Assembly (NCBI GenBank): GCA_021299855.1
Contig: JAJTEY010000013.1
Location: 490 to 64,489 of the forward strand
Origin: Bacteroidota bacterium
GTDB taxonomy: Bacteria > Bacteroidota > Bacteroidia > Palsa-965
DNA length: 64,000 bases
Reading direction: 5' to 3'
Each line of letters begins with the position of its first letter. Positions within the stretch are counted from its first letter, which is position 1. Positions 46,550 through 56,823 of the stretch are shown piece by piece. The notes beneath the pieces are model-generated. The model had not been told where the DNA came from. It ran no database searches and saw only the letters and a program-made list of their open reading frames with translations. The translations under genes were made by a program, and so were the position numbers.

Positions 46550-49402
46550 ATGGCCGCCGATATTTTTACCAACCGACACATCGGACCTTCCGAAAAGGAA
46601 ACTAAAGAAATGCTTGCAACAGTTGGCGTTTCTTCACTCGAACAATTAATTGACGAAACTATTCCGGCAGCCATTCGCCTGAAGAAACCGCTGAATGTTG
46701 GCGCCGGTCTTAGCGAGTACGACTACCTCGCGCACTTAAAAGCATTAGGAGCAAAGAATAAACAGTATCGTACGTTTATTGGTCAAGGTTACTACGGAAC
46801 AATTGTTCCACCGGTTATTCAGCGCAACATTTTAGAAAATCCTGGCTGGTATACAGCGTACACACCATACCAGGCAGAGATTGCGCAAGGTCGTTTAGAG
46901 GCATTGCTTAATTTCCAGACAATGGTAATGGATTTGACTGCGATGCCTATCGCAAACGCATCATTACTGGATGAAGCAACTGCTGCTGCAGAAGCCATGG
47001 CGATGTTGTTCAGTAACAGAAGTCGTGATGCCGTTAAACGCGGTGCGAACAAATTCTTCGTTGATCAAAACACATATGCGCAGACGATTGATTTATTAAA
47101 AACTCGTTCTGCTCCATTAAATATTGAAATCGAAATCGGCGATTACCGCATATTCCAATGGAGTGATGCATTCTTCGGTTGCGTAATTCAATATCCAAAC
47201 AGCACAGGCGAAGTGTGCGATTATCAAGAATTCACTGCTCAGGCACATGCTGTTGGTGCAGGTGTTGCTGTTGGTACTGATTTACTGGCACTCGCATTGT
47301 TAACGCCTCCGGGCGAATGGGGCGCTGATGTCGTATTCGGAAATTCACAGCGTTTCGGCGTTCCAATGGGCTTCGGCGGTCCACACGCGGCTTTCTTCGC
47401 TACTCGTGAAGACTTCAAGCGTTTGTTGCCGGGTCGTATCATTGGTGTTTCTGTGGATAGTCACGGGAAACCTGCGCTGCGTATGGCATTGCAGACACGT
47501 GAGCAACACATTAAGCGTGACAAAGCCACTTCCAACATTTGTACAGCGCAAGCGCTACTTGCTATTATGGCCGGCATGTACGCAGTGTATCATGGCCCTT
47601 CCGGCATTAAAACTATTACAGACGATGTACACCAAAACGCGTGCACGTTAAGCGGAAGCCTGAAGAAAGCCGGCTTGAAAGCAGTGAACGCTTCATATTT
47701 CGACACTATTTCTTTTGAATATCCTGCCGGTGTTTCAGCCGCTGATATGAAAAAACGTGCAGAATCGGCCGGAATTAACCTGTTCTATCGTGATTCACAT
47801 TTCAGCATCAGCATTGATCAGACCTTCAACAGTAATGATCTCAATGCAATTGTTAATCTGTTCACGGCGGGCTTGTCGAATGAGACATCTCCGATTCAGG
47901 GCAATATTTCAAGAACGACTTCATATCTAACACATCCTGTGTTTAACAGCTATCATTCTGAAACAGAAATGATGCGTTACATCAAACGTTTGGAGAATAA
48001 AGATTTGTCATTGGTGCATTCCATGATTTCATTGGGTTCGTGCACCATGAAGCTGAATGCGGCTGCAGAATTAATGCCTATCACGTTCCCGGAATTTGCA
48101 AATATCCACCCGTTTGTTCCTGCTGATCAGGCACAGGGATATTTGGAAATGATCGATGAATTGAACAAAGATTTATCTGAAATCACAGGCTTTGCAAGTA
48201 TGTCGTTCCAGCCTAATTCGGGCGCACAAGGCGAATATGCCGGATTGATGGTAATTCGCGCGTATCATATCAGTCGCGGTGAAGGACATCGTAATGTTGC
48301 ATTAATTCCTTCCTCTGCACACGGCACAAATCCGGCATCTGCAGCAATGGCCGGAATGGAAATTGTCGTAGTGAAATGCGATGAGCAAGGAAACATTGAT
48401 GTTGCTGATCTGAAAGCGAAAGCAGAACAACACAGCGCGAATCTGTCGTGCTTAATGGTAACCTATCCTTCTACTCACGGTGTTTTCGAAGAAGCAATTA
48501 TTGAAATTACTTCTATCATTCACCAACACGGTGGACAGGTTTACATGGACGGTGCGAACATGAATGCGCAGGTTGGTTTGACCAGCCCGGGAAATATCGG
48601 CGCTGACGTTTGTCACTTGAACCTGCACAAAACATTCGCTATTCCACATGGTGGCGGTGGACCGGGCATGGGACCGATTGGTGTCGCGAAGCACTTAGTG
48701 CCATTCTTACCGGGACATCCGTTATTTAAAACAGGAGGAGATCAGGCAATTTCCGCTATTTCTGCAGCTCCATTCGGTAGTGCTTTAATTCTTTTGATTT
48801 CTTACGGTTACATTAAAATGTTGGGCGGAGATGGTTTGACCAAATCAACACAGGTTGCCATTTTAAATGCTAACTACATCAAAGAAAAACTGAACGGACA
48901 TTACGAAACGTTATACACCAACAAGAACAACCGTGTAGCACATGAAATGATTTTGAACTGTGTGGATTACAAGCGCACAGCCAAAGTTGAAGTTGCAGAT
49001 ATGGCGAAACGTTTAATGGACTTTGGATTCCACGCTCCAACTGTTGCGTTCCCGGTTCACGATACCTTAATGGTAGAACCAACGGAATCCGAATCAAAGG
49101 CAGAGCTTGATCGTTTTATTGATGCGATGATTACTATTCGTAAAGAAATCGCGGAAATCGCGGAAGGTAAAGCTGATGTAACGGACAATGTTTTAAAGAA
49201 TGCTCCTCATACAGCAGAAAGCGTGATTAGTGATAGCTGGAACCACGGATATTCCCGTGAAAAAGCTGTGTATCCTGCACAGTGGGTCCGTGTGGCGAAG
49301 TTCTGGCCAACAGTTGGACGCGTAGACAATGCCCACGGAGATCGGAATTTGGTGTGTTCGTGTCTCCCGATCGAGGCCTATATGGAGCCCGCTGCTGTTT
49401 AG
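46550..49402 (+). CDS. gcvP: Glycine dehydrogenase (decarboxylating), single-chain P protein
   Basis: 950 aa: FTNRHIGPS...[15 protein letters not shown](A)QGRLE...[17 protein letters not shown] (PLP lysine). Confidence 0.95.
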   Translation: MAADIFTNRHIGPSEKETKEMLATVGVSSLEQLIDETIPAAIRLKKPLNVGAGLSEYDYLAHLKALGAKNKQYRTFIGQGYYGTIVPPVIQRNILENPGWYTAYTPYQAEIAQGRLEALLNFQTMVMDLTAMPIANASLLDEATAAAEAMAMLFSNRSRDAVKRGANKFFVDQNTYAQTIDLLKTRSAPLNIEIEIGDYRIFQWSDAFFGCVIQYPNSTGEVCDYQEFTAQAHAVGAGVAVGTDLLALALLTPPGEWGADVVFGNSQRFGVPMGFGGPHAAFFATREDFKRLLPGRIIGVSVDSHGKPALRMALQTREQHIKRDKATSNICTAQALLAIMAGMYAVYHGPSGIKTITDDVHQNACTLSGSLKKAGLKAVNASYFDTISFEYPAGVSAADMKKRAESAGINLFYRDSHFSISIDQTFNSNDLNAIVNLFTAGLSNETSPIQGNISRTTSYLTHPVFNSYHSETEMMRYIKRLENKDLSLVHSMISLGSCTMKLNAAAELMPITFPEFANIHPFVPADQAQGYLEMIDELNKDLSEITGFASMSFQPNSGAQGEYAGLMVIRAYHISRGEGHRNVALIPSSAHGTNPASAAMAGMEIVVVKCDEQGNIDVADLKAKAEQHSANLSCLMVTYPSTHGVFEEAIIEITSIIHQHGGQVYMDGANMNAQVGLTSPGNIGADVCHLNLHKTFAIPHGGGGPGMGPIGVAKHLVPFLPGHPLFKTGGDQAISAISAAPFGSALILLISYGYIKMLGGDGLTKSTQVAILNANYIKEKLNGHYETLYTNKNNRVAHEMILNCVDYKRTAKVEVADMAKRLMDFGFHAPTVAFPVHDTLMVEPTESESKAELDRFIDAMITIRKEIAEIAEGKADVTDNVLKNAPHTAESVISDSWNHGYSREKAVYPAQWVRVAKFWPTVGRVDNAHGDRNLVCSCLPIEAYMEPAAV

Positions 49403-49421
49403 CGGATGCTCTTCTAATTTC

Positions 49422-49458
49422 AAAACGCTCATTGTCATTGACTTTGAGCGTTTTTTTT
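49422..49458 (+). terminator. Rho-independent terminator after gcvP
   Basis: Stem AAACGCTCA/TGAGCGTTT with a 13-nt loop, followed by a T8 run. Confidence 0.8.
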
Positions 49459-49496
49459 ATGAAATGTTAAAATTAGGTGGCTAAATCTTAAAATGT

Positions 49497-49504
49497 TATA
49501 TTTG
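49497..49504 (+). promoter_or_regulatory. -7 promoter box (TAnnTTTG)
   Basis: TATATTTG lies 23 nt before ATG 49528. Confidence 0.45.
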
Positions 49505-49527
49505 CACAAACTCAAAATCAAGAAAAA

Positions 49528-50444
49528 ATGAAAAAAATTTACTCTTTAGTTGCGGTATTAGCAATTGGAGTAGCAGCAAACGCTCAACGTCCATCTTACG
49601 TGAGCAGGATGCAGACTGGTCTCAACAGCCATCACTTTACGGTTCACAGGGTGGTGGATACGTATGCGGAACGAACGGTTACGGTGATGTTCAAAAGGTG
49701 CAAATTTTCCGTCCGGGTTCTCCTGTTGTTGTTTACGGTGCTATCTATTGGTTTGGTGCTAAGAACGTTGGTGCTAATAGTAACATGGCGATGCGTATTT
49801 ATCAATTGGACGGAACAGGAACATCTACTGCAAGTAATGCAGACCCATGTCCTAACACCCCATATATCTCTGACAACGTTGCGATCGGAAGTGTTGACAC
49901 GAGTCTTTCTTTAGGCAGTGCTTACATACACACATACTCGGCGCCCACGTTTTGTGCAGGTGATTTCGGGGTAGGTTGTTTATTGCCTACCGGTGCAGGT
50001 GACACTATCGGATTGGTTTCTACAACTGACCCTAACTCAAACACTGAAGATTCTTGGGAACAGTGGAGCGACAACTCTTGGCACACTTTCTTGGAGCCAA
50101 ACAACTGGGGATTAAACATTGCCTTGGCAATCTTCCCAATCGTTGAATTGAACACCGGCGTTAACGAAACTCCTGCTATCAATGGCGTTAAGTTAGGCTT
50201 TAACGGTGCTAACCCATTCACTGAAAACACTCAATTGACTTACACAATGGCTAACGACGCTCAGAACGTAGTTATCACTATTGTTGACGTTAAAGGTCAA
50301 ATTGTTAAGACTGAAAACCTGAACAATCAGGCAGCAGGCACTTACACTTACGACATCAACGGTGCTGACTTGGCTTCAGGAACTTACTTCGTACAGTTCC
50401 AGGCTGACAACGCTCGTTTGGCTGTTAAAATGGTGAAGAACTAA
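49528..50444 (+). pseudogene. T9SS-sorted secreted protein interrupted by a frameshift (apparent 1-nt deletion near 49590..49605)
   Basis: Frame 1 gives the signal peptide MKKIYSLVAVLAIGVAANAQ and then turns implausible. Frame 0 is open from 49485 with no Met. It reads ...REQDADWSQQPSLYGSQGGGYVCGTNGYGDVQKVQIFRPG... and runs to a T9SS CTD (...NPFTENTQLTY...GTYFVQFQ...VKMVKN). Confidence 0.6.
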
Positions 50445-50466
50445 TTTTAGCAGATAATATTTTGCA

Positions 50467-50494
50467 AAGGCGACCCTTTCGGGTCGCCTTTTTT
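50467..50494 (+). terminator. Rho-independent terminator
   Basis: AAGGCGACCC-TTTC-GGGTCGCCTT followed by TTTT. Confidence 0.85.
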
Positions 50495-50526
50495 GTTACT
50501 AACGTTAGCAAAACACGATAAAATCG

Positions 50527-50534
50527 TATATTTG
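50527..50534 (+). promoter_or_regulatory. -7 promoter box (TAnnTTTG)
   Basis: TATATTTG lies 27 nt before ATG 50562. Confidence 0.45.
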
Positions 50535-50561
50535 GAATACGTCTAACAAAAAATTAAACCA

Positions 50562-51758
50562 ATGAGAAAACTCTACATCACTATGAGCATGGCATTGTTG
50601 GCCGGTGCTGTTTTCGCGCAGAACCTGAACAACGTGCAGTTGAAAGGTGGAAAAGTTCCGAATTACGTTCCGTCTAAGCCAATGCCGTCTACACAGGCTA
50701 ATCAATCTATTTATGTCGATTACGATTACATGGATGAAGATTTTCAGGTGAACACATCAGGGTTTCAGTACGGCCGTTACATTTGGGATATGAATATGCG
50801 TTATTCATACGCTGCCGGCGACACCAGCTTGAAATGGGCTTCTGTTGACTTCAGCGATTTCTACGATTCGTACAACACAAACTCAGCTATCGCTTTCAAT
50901 ACGTTCAACTCTTATGTAGTTGACTCCGTATTCTTTATCGGTGGTCATGAAAACAACAGCGGCCAGAACGATACTTTGGTTGTTGCTTTGATCCAATTGA
51001 ATGGCTCTGCTTATCCAACAAGCACTGTTTTGTGGTCTGACACTATCATTTCCAATACAGGTTTGTCGAACGGTAACGATTGGTTAACTACTGCATTGGT
51101 GGCTTTACCGTGCGGATATGTTGTTCCAAACAACTCAACTAAAGTTGGTGTTGAAGTACGTTACTACGGCGCTACGCAAGACACTTTCGGGCTCATCGCA
51201 GGATTCGGAGATGTAGGCGTTGGAACTTGCCAAACAATTCCAACATTGCCATTCGCAGTGAAGTCCAACTACTATCGTAACAGTTACCGTCACGATATGC
51301 GTTTTGCTTTACCTCCTTACAACATCTCATTGTTGCCAACAACATCTAACGCTGATACGTACTACGATTGCGACGGTTCAGGAAGCTACAACAACACTGC
51401 TGCTAACTTAGTTGACGGTGAAAACTTCTTACAGAACTGGGGTATTTGGGCACACTTCACATTACAAGGTGTTGGTGTTGAAGAAAATGAAGCTAACGGA
51501 ATTCAGTTGGGTCAAAACACACCAAACCCTGCAAACGGAACAACAGTTATTCGTTATAACCTGGCTACTAAAGGAAATGTTTCTTTCGAGTTGTACGATG
51601 TTTCCGGTAAGCTGGTAATGAACATGAATCAGGGCGAACAAGTTGCAGGTGCACATCAGATTGAAATCAATGCTGAGAACTTGAAGACAGGCGTGTACTT
51701 ATACAGCTTAAACGTAGATGGCAAGCGTGTTACACGTCGTATGGTAGTTACTGAGTAA
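50562..51758 (+). CDS. Secreted protein with a T9SS C-terminal sorting domain, unknown function
   Basis: Signal MRKLYITMSMALLAGAVFAQ. C-terminus ...LGQNTPNPANGTTVIRYNL...FELYDVSGKLV...GVYLYSLNVDGKRVTRRMVV. Confidence 0.8.
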   Translation: MRKLYITMSMALLAGAVFAQNLNNVQLKGGKVPNYVPSKPMPSTQANQSIYVDYDYMDEDFQVNTSGFQYGRYIWDMNMRYSYAAGDTSLKWASVDFSDFYDSYNTNSAIAFNTFNSYVVDSVFFIGGHENNSGQNDTLVVALIQLNGSAYPTSTVLWSDTIISNTGLSNGNDWLTTALVALPCGYVVPNNSTKVGVEVRYYGATQDTFGLIAGFGDVGVGTCQTIPTLPFAVKSNYYRNSYRHDMRFALPPYNISLLPTTSNADTYYDCDGSGSYNNTAANLVDGENFLQNWGIWAHFTLQGVGVEENEANGIQLGQNTPNPANGTTVIRYNLATKGNVSFELYDVSGKLVMNMNQGEQVAGAHQIEINAENLKTGVYLYSLNVDGKRVTRRMVVTE

Positions 51759-51777
51759 TCAGAACTTTAATAATACA

Positions 51778-51812
51778 GAAACGTCCGGAGGGAAACTTCG
51801 GACGTTTTTTTT
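51778..51812 (+). terminator. Rho-independent terminator between convergent genes
   Basis: GAAACGTCCG...CGGACGTTT followed by a T-run. Confidence 0.8.
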
Positions 51813-51842
51813 ATTTCGTGAAAACACAGAAAACAAGGGTTT

Positions 51843-52628
51843 TTAATCGCCTTTCGTCAGGCTATCCTTTTCTGCTTGTAACTTAGATCGGAAGTGTTGT
51901 AGAAATTTCGTGGCGTATACGAACTTAGAAAGGATTTCATTTTCCGCGTATAAAATTTCCTTACGTGTCCCTTCCCACTCTTTTTGCCCTTTATGCAAGA
52001 AGGCAATCTTGTCGCCAATCTCCAGCACCGAGTTCATATCATGCGTAATAACCAAGGTAGTCATGTCGTATTCCAACGTAATTTCCTTGATCAATTCGTC
52101 AATGAGAATGGATGTTTTCGGATCCAGACCGGAATTCGGCTCATCGCAAAACAAATAGCGCGGTTTCACAGCTATCGCACGAGCAATCGCAACACGCTTT
52201 TTCATCCCTCCTGATAACTCCGCAGGATATAACTTCGCAGCTTGCGGCAAGTTCACTCGATCTAAACAAAACTGCATCCGTGCTTCCTTTTCGCCTTTTG
52301 TCATATTGGTAAACATGGTTAAAGGAAACATGACGTTATCTTGTACAGTCATCGAATCGAATAGTGCAGAGCCTTGGAAGAGCATACCAATCTGCTGTCG
52401 CACCTCTTTCTGTTCTTCGTAGCTCATGGTGAGAAAATCCTTTCCATGATACAACACCTGTCCTTCCTCCGGATGAATCAGACCAACCATGCATTTAATT
52501 AAAACCGATTTACCGGTACCTGATTCACCGATGATCAAATTGGATTTCCCCTGTTCGAAAGTGAAATTGAAATCCTTCAACACCACCTTTTCTCCAAACG
52601 CTTTGCTGAGCCCGCGAACCTCGATCAT
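51843..52628 (-). CDS. ABC transporter ATP-binding protein (MlaF-like)
   Basis: Walker A GESGTGKS, signature LSGGMKKRV, Walker B YLFCDEP. It overlaps the upstream permease by 4 nt. Confidence 0.85.
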   Translation of the reverse strand: MIEVRGLSKAFGEKVVLKDFNFTFEQGKSNLIIGESGTGKSVLIKCMVGLIHPEEGQVLYHGKDFLTMSYEEQKEVRQQIGMLFQGSALFDSMTVQDNVMFPLTMFTNMTKGEKEARMQFCLDRVNLPQAAKLYPAELSGGMKKRVAIARAIAVKPRYLFCDEPNSGLDPKTSILIDELIKEITLEYDMTTLVITHDMNSVLEIGDKIAFLHKGQKEWEGTRKEILYAENEILSKFVYATKFLQHFRSKLQAEKDSLTKGD

Positions 52629-53374
52629 GCCAACAACAATTGAGTGAGGAGAAAATTAAACAAAAGCAATACGATGATGCTATACACAACTGCGCGTGTA
52701 CTGGATTGACCCACCTCCAGCGAACCGCCTTTGGTGTAATAACCGTGATAAGCCGAAACAGATGGAATGATAAATCCGAAAAACAATGTTTTAATTAACG
52801 CGTATACGACATTGTAAGGACGAAACTCGTACTGAATACCGTAAATAAATTCATACGGCGTTACAACACCCGCAGCAACTCCAAGCACAAATCCACCGAT
52901 ATGCCCCAAGAACATACTGATCGTTACAACAAACGGAAAAATGAAAACGGACGCGGCAATTTTTGGAAGGATCAAATATGAGGCAGAATTAACGCCCATC
53001 ACATCAATAGCATCAATCTGTTCCGAAACACGCATATTACCTAATTCTGAGGCGATACTGGAACCTACTTTACCGGCAAGAATCAGACTTACGATTGTTG
53101 GAGAAAATTCGAGAATGATAGAATCGCGTGCTGCTAATCCAACTGCGTATAGCGGAATCCACGGACTTTCAAAACCAAAAGCCGCCTGAATAGTAATAAC
53201 CGCACCCATAAAAATGGAAATGATTGCAACAATTCCTAAGGAACCAATTCCTATAGCGTTTACCTCGTGAAAAAATCGTTGCCAGAACACATTGCTCTTT
53301 TCCGGTTTACGGAAAACGCGACCCAGCAGCAAAAAATACTGACCGATATGTGCAATGATGGCTATGGGATTCAT
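52625..53374 (-). CDS. MlaE-family ABC transporter permease
   Basis: 249-aa polytopic protein of MlaE/Ttg2B type (...LAGKVGSSIASELGNMRVSEQIDA...). Confidence 0.85.
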   Translation of the reverse strand: MNPIAIIAHIGQYFLLLGRVFRKPEKSNVFWQRFFHEVNAIGIGSLGIVAIISIFMGAVITIQAAFGFESPWIPLYAVGLAARDSIILEFSPTIVSLILAGKVGSSIASELGNMRVSEQIDAIDVMGVNSASYLILPKIAASVFIFPFVVTISMFLGHIGGFVLGVAAGVVTPYEFIYGIQYEFRPYNVVYALIKTLFFGFIIPSVSAYHGYYTKGGSLEVGQSSTRAVVYSIIVLLLFNFLLTQLLLA

Positions 53375-53480
53375 GAAGGGTTAAAATTACTAATTATTAC
53401 GGCATATACGATATTTGTCCGCTCCGCGTTAGTATTAATACGACTTGCACTGTATGCGCCGTTGCAGTATATTTACTCTC

Positions 53481-53615
53481 ATGAGAAAAGGACTGATCAT
53501 CACTATTTTAGGAAGCATGCTGCTCGCCATCTCGGTTGAAAGTTGTTTCATCTTTAAACCGAAGAACAAATGTGGTGATTGCCCTACTTTTAAAGGAAGT
53601 CCTAAGCGTCGGTAG
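53481..53615 (+). CDS. Candidate 44-aa Cys-containing small lipoprotein (below the ORF-track cutoff)
   Basis: ATG 53481 to TAG 53613..53615 gives MRKGLIITILGSMLLAISVESCFIFKPKNKCGDCPTFKGSPKRR. This is a signal-like N-terminus, a Cys, then a basic tail with CGDC. TATATTTA lies 5 nt upstream. Confidence 0.35.
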   Translation: MRKGLIITILGSMLLAISVESCFIFKPKNKCGDCPTFKGSPKRR

Positions 53616-53695
53616 TAATTTCCACACTCCCGTATCCTTTGCAAAATACCCTGAATTAGGTATTAACGAATTCAACCTGCAACGTTAACCTTGCG

Positions 53696-53703
53696 TAACT
53701 TTG
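53696..53703 (+). promoter_or_regulatory. -7 promoter box (TAnnTTTG) for feoAB
   Basis: TAACTTTG lies 4 nt before ATG 53708 and 13 nt before the alternative ATG 53717. Confidence 0.45.
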
Positions 53704-53707
53704 CTTT

Positions 53708-53947
53708 ATGGGTGAAATGAAGAGACATTTGAGTGAATTACGCGTTGGAGAAAGTGCCGTGATCGATTCGTTCACCGATCCTGAGTTGCAGGTAAAACTT
53801 TTGGAAATGGGTTGCACACCGGGCGAAATTATTCAGGTAGAAAAATTTTCTCCTCTTGGCGATCCTGTTGCTTACAATATTTCCGGTTACATTTTAAGTA
53901 TGCGACTTGCCGAAGCCGCTACTGTTACCATTCGTTCTCAACGCTAA
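53708..53947 (+). CDS. feoA: Ferrous iron transport protein FeoA
   Basis: 79-aa SH3-like FeoA pattern: LSELRVGESAVIDSF...LLEMGCTPGEII...LRLAEAATV. Confidence 0.85.
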   Translation: MGEMKRHLSELRVGESAVIDSFTDPELQVKLLEMGCTPGEIIQVEKFSPLGDPVAYNISGYILSMRLAEAATVTIRSQR

Positions 53948-53958
53948 GATTGTTGCAC

Positions 53959-56055
53959 GTGGCGAAGGATAAAGTGATCAGCAGAAAAATTGCGTTGGTG
54001 GGTAATCCGAATAGCGGAAAATCGACGCTGTTCAATGCACTTACAGGATTACACCAAAAAACGGGAAACTTCCCCGGAGTAACTGTAGACAAAAAAACAG
54101 CTCGCGTTGCACTCCATAATTCAATGGGATCGGTGATCGCCGATTACATTGATCTTCCCGGAACATATAGCTTACACGCGAAATCTTTGGATGAGGAGGT
54201 AGCCACGAATGTTCTTATTGATGAAAGCAACGAGGCGCATCCGGATGTCGTGATAATAGTAGCGGATGCTACAAATCTTAAGCGAAGTTTATTTCTTGCC
54301 GGACAAATTATTGACTTGGGCATTCCATCCATTCTAGCATTGAACATGATGGACGAAGCCGATGTACAAGGCATTCACATCAATCATGCGGTATTGCAAA
54401 GTCGTTTGGGTATTCCTGTCGTACCGGTCAGCGCCCGAGAAAAAACAGGCTTACAACAGTTGCAAGAATTATTGGTGCAAAAACCTGTTGTTCCGCAATT
54501 ACCGTTTATCAGTATTACGAATTTAGCACCCGAAGAACGAAAGCAACTGCAAGCCGAACATACGGAATGGAGTGAATACAAGTGTCTGGTGAAGTTGCAT
54601 CAGGAAGTAAAAAAAGGCAGCACACGTTTTCCCACTCTTAATTCATCAGCATTACAAGCAGAAGAAACCTTATTGCGTTACGGCACCATCGCATCAATAC
54701 TGGACGCGATACAACTTAAACAACAAGCCGTTCCTGCACGCACGCGACAACTCGATCGGCTTTTGACGCACAAAGTCGGTGGATTCATCATCTTTTTCAT
54801 TTTACTGTTTCTTGTATTTCAGACCATATTTTTTCTGGCTGAATACCCGATGATGTGGATTGAAGATTCATTTGCGTGGATGCGGGACCAACTGATCAGT
54901 AATTTACCTTCCGGTTTTTTTACGGATTTACTCACCAACGGAATTCTTGCAGGACTCAGCGGAGTTGTGGTGTTTATTCCGCAAATCGCATTGTTATTTT
55001 TCTTTATTGCCATGCTGGAAGATTCCGGCTACATGGCACGTGTAAGTTTTATCATGGATAAATTGATGCGCAAATTCGGATTGCACGGACGTTCCGTAAT
55101 TCCGCTCATCAGTGGAATGGCGTGCGCAGTTCCTGCAATTATGGGCACTCGAACCATCAGCAACTGGAAAGAGCGTATCATCACCATCATGGTTATTCCG
55201 TTCATGAGTTGCAGTGCGCGCTTGCCGGTGTACACTTTACTCATTGCGCTGGTCATTCCTGACACATATGTTGGAGGAGTATTCAACTTACAAGCGCTGG
55301 TGATGATGGGCTTGTATGTGTTTGGATTTGTGATGGCAATAGGTGCAGCATTCATCATGAGTAAATTGATGAAATCAACGGAAAAGAGTTGGTTTATTCT
55401 GGAATTACCGGTGTATCGAATTCCGCAATGGAGCAATGTTTTCTATACCATCTACGATAAAGTAAAAGTATTCTTAACGGATGCGGGTAAAGTAATTATT
55501 GCAGTTTCCATCGTGTTATGGATTTTGGCGGGATTCGGCCCAGGAGAAGAGTTTAAACATATCGGCGCAGAAATTACTTTATTGCAGGATCAACATCCGG
55601 AGCCCAATGACAGTGTTGCTCATGAAATTAAAATTCGTCAGGCGAAACAACTGGAGTTATCGTATGCAGGGCGTATCGGCAAAACAATAGAACCTATCAT
55701 TACACCATTAGGATACGATTGGAAAATTGGCATTTCACTGTTGACATCACTTGCAGCACGTGAAGTTTTTGTAGGAACAATGGCTACAATTTATGGTGCC
55801 GGCGATGAAGAAAACACCGATCCGATTCGTGAAGTGATGCAACGCGAAAAACATCCCGATACCGGATTACCGGTGTACTCGTTTGCTACAGGCATTTCAT
55901 TGATGATATTTTACGCGATCGCGCTGCAGTGCATTTCTACTATTGCAGTTGTTCGACGTGAAACCAAAAGCTGGATGTGGCCGAGCATACAGTTTATCGG
56001 AATGGGATTACTCGCCTGGCTCTTTTCTTTCGCCGTGTTCCAGTTGCTTTCGTAA
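53959..56055 (+). CDS. feoB: Ferrous iron transporter FeoB
   Basis: G-domain IALVGNPNSGKSTLFNALTG...DLPGTYSL followed by a polytopic gate domain. The start is non-ATG and ambiguous (TTG 53950/53953, GTG 53959/53974). The ORF-track extension to 53812 overlaps feoA in another frame. Confidence 0.9.
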   Translation: MAKDKVISRKIALVGNPNSGKSTLFNALTGLHQKTGNFPGVTVDKKTARVALHNSMGSVIADYIDLPGTYSLHAKSLDEEVATNVLIDESNEAHPDVVIIVADATNLKRSLFLAGQIIDLGIPSILALNMMDEADVQGIHINHAVLQSRLGIPVVPVSAREKTGLQQLQELLVQKPVVPQLPFISITNLAPEERKQLQAEHTEWSEYKCLVKLHQEVKKGSTRFPTLNSSALQAEETLLRYGTIASILDAIQLKQQAVPARTRQLDRLLTHKVGGFIIFFILLFLVFQTIFFLAEYPMMWIEDSFAWMRDQLISNLPSGFFTDLLTNGILAGLSGVVVFIPQIALLFFFIAMLEDSGYMARVSFIMDKLMRKFGLHGRSVIPLISGMACAVPAIMGTRTISNWKERIITIMVIPFMSCSARLPVYTLLIALVIPDTYVGGVFNLQALVMMGLYVFGFVMAIGAAFIMSKLMKSTEKSWFILELPVYRIPQWSNVFYTIYDKVKVFLTDAGKVIIAVSIVLWILAGFGPGEEFKHIGAEITLLQDQHPEPNDSVAHEIKIRQAKQLELSYAGRIGKTIEPIITPLGYDWKIGISLLTSLAAREVFVGTMATIYGAGDEENTDPIREVMQREKHPDTGLPVYSFATGISLMIFYAIALQCISTIAVVRRETKSWMWPSIQFIGMGLLAWLFSFAVFQLLS

Positions 56056-56068
56056 GCTGCGTTACCAT

Positions 56069-56076
56069 TACCTTTG
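56069..56076 (+). promoter_or_regulatory. -7 promoter box (TAnnTTTG) for the SprT-like gene
   Basis: TACCTTTG lies 9 nt before ATG 56086. Confidence 0.45.
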
Positions 56077-56085
56077 CAGCTGATC

Positions 56086-56703
56086 ATGGAACAAATTCAG
56101 CGGAATAGCAACATCTTAAAAAAGTACATTCCTGGACCTGCAGTTCCTATCATCGCGCAGTGGATTTACGATTTCAATTTTAAATTGAAAATTAAAAGAA
56201 GTCGTCAAACACGATTCGGTGATTATCGTCCTCCTTTGCCCGGAATGAATCATCAAATTACGGTCAATCATGACTTGAATCCGTATGCATTCTTATTGAC
56301 TCTTGTACACGAAATCGCACATTTGATTACGTTTGAGCGCTATGGCAATCGTGTGAAGCCGCATGGTGAAGAATGGAAAGAATCGTTTAAGGAATTGATG
56401 CGTATCATGATCCGTATCGACATCTGGCCCGAAGATGTACGCGAAGGAATAATTGCTTACATGCGTAATCCCGGTGCATCAAGTTGTTCTGATGACAACC
56501 TCATGCGCATTTTTAAAAAGTACGATCGTCCATCCGATGAAGTTCATCTGGAAACACTACCATTGGGAGCACAATTCGAATACAATGAGCGTCTATTTAC
56601 GAAAGGACCACGCATCCGCAAACGCTATCGTTGCAAAGAAAATACGGGGCATGTGTACTTATTCTCTCCCCTGGCTGATGTCATTCCTGTACATACAGAA
56701 TAG
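56086..56703 (+). CDS. SprT-like zinc metallopeptidase domain protein
   Basis: HExxH appears in LVHEIAHLITF, then HGEEWK. About 205 aa. Confidence 0.7.
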   Translation: MEQIQRNSNILKKYIPGPAVPIIAQWIYDFNFKLKIKRSRQTRFGDYRPPLPGMNHQITVNHDLNPYAFLLTLVHEIAHLITFERYGNRVKPHGEEWKESFKELMRIMIRIDIWPEDVREGIIAYMRNPGASSCSDDNLMRIFKKYDRPSDEVHLETLPLGAQFEYNERLFTKGPRIRKRYRCKENTGHVYLFSPLADVIPVHTE

Positions 56704-56785
56704 GAATTATCGATTTAGGCGGCTTCCAACTCATTTTTAACGTGTTTTGAGAACTGATTTATAGGGCTGCAGGGTTTGAATTTGT

Positions 56786-56793
56786 TACCTTTG
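56786..56793 (+). promoter_or_regulatory. -7 promoter box (TAnnTTTG)
   Basis: TACCTTTG lies 30 nt before ATG 56824. Confidence 0.45.
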
Positions 56794-56823
56794 CGAGCCC
56801 TTCCATTCACACAACATACAACT

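Noticed and set aside
53812-53958. N-terminal 49-codon extension of the FeoB ORF in the ORF track
   Set aside because: It overlaps feoA in another frame and has no FeoB-like sequence. The G-domain begins right after the feoA stop, so the true start is a TTG or GTG at 53950..53974.
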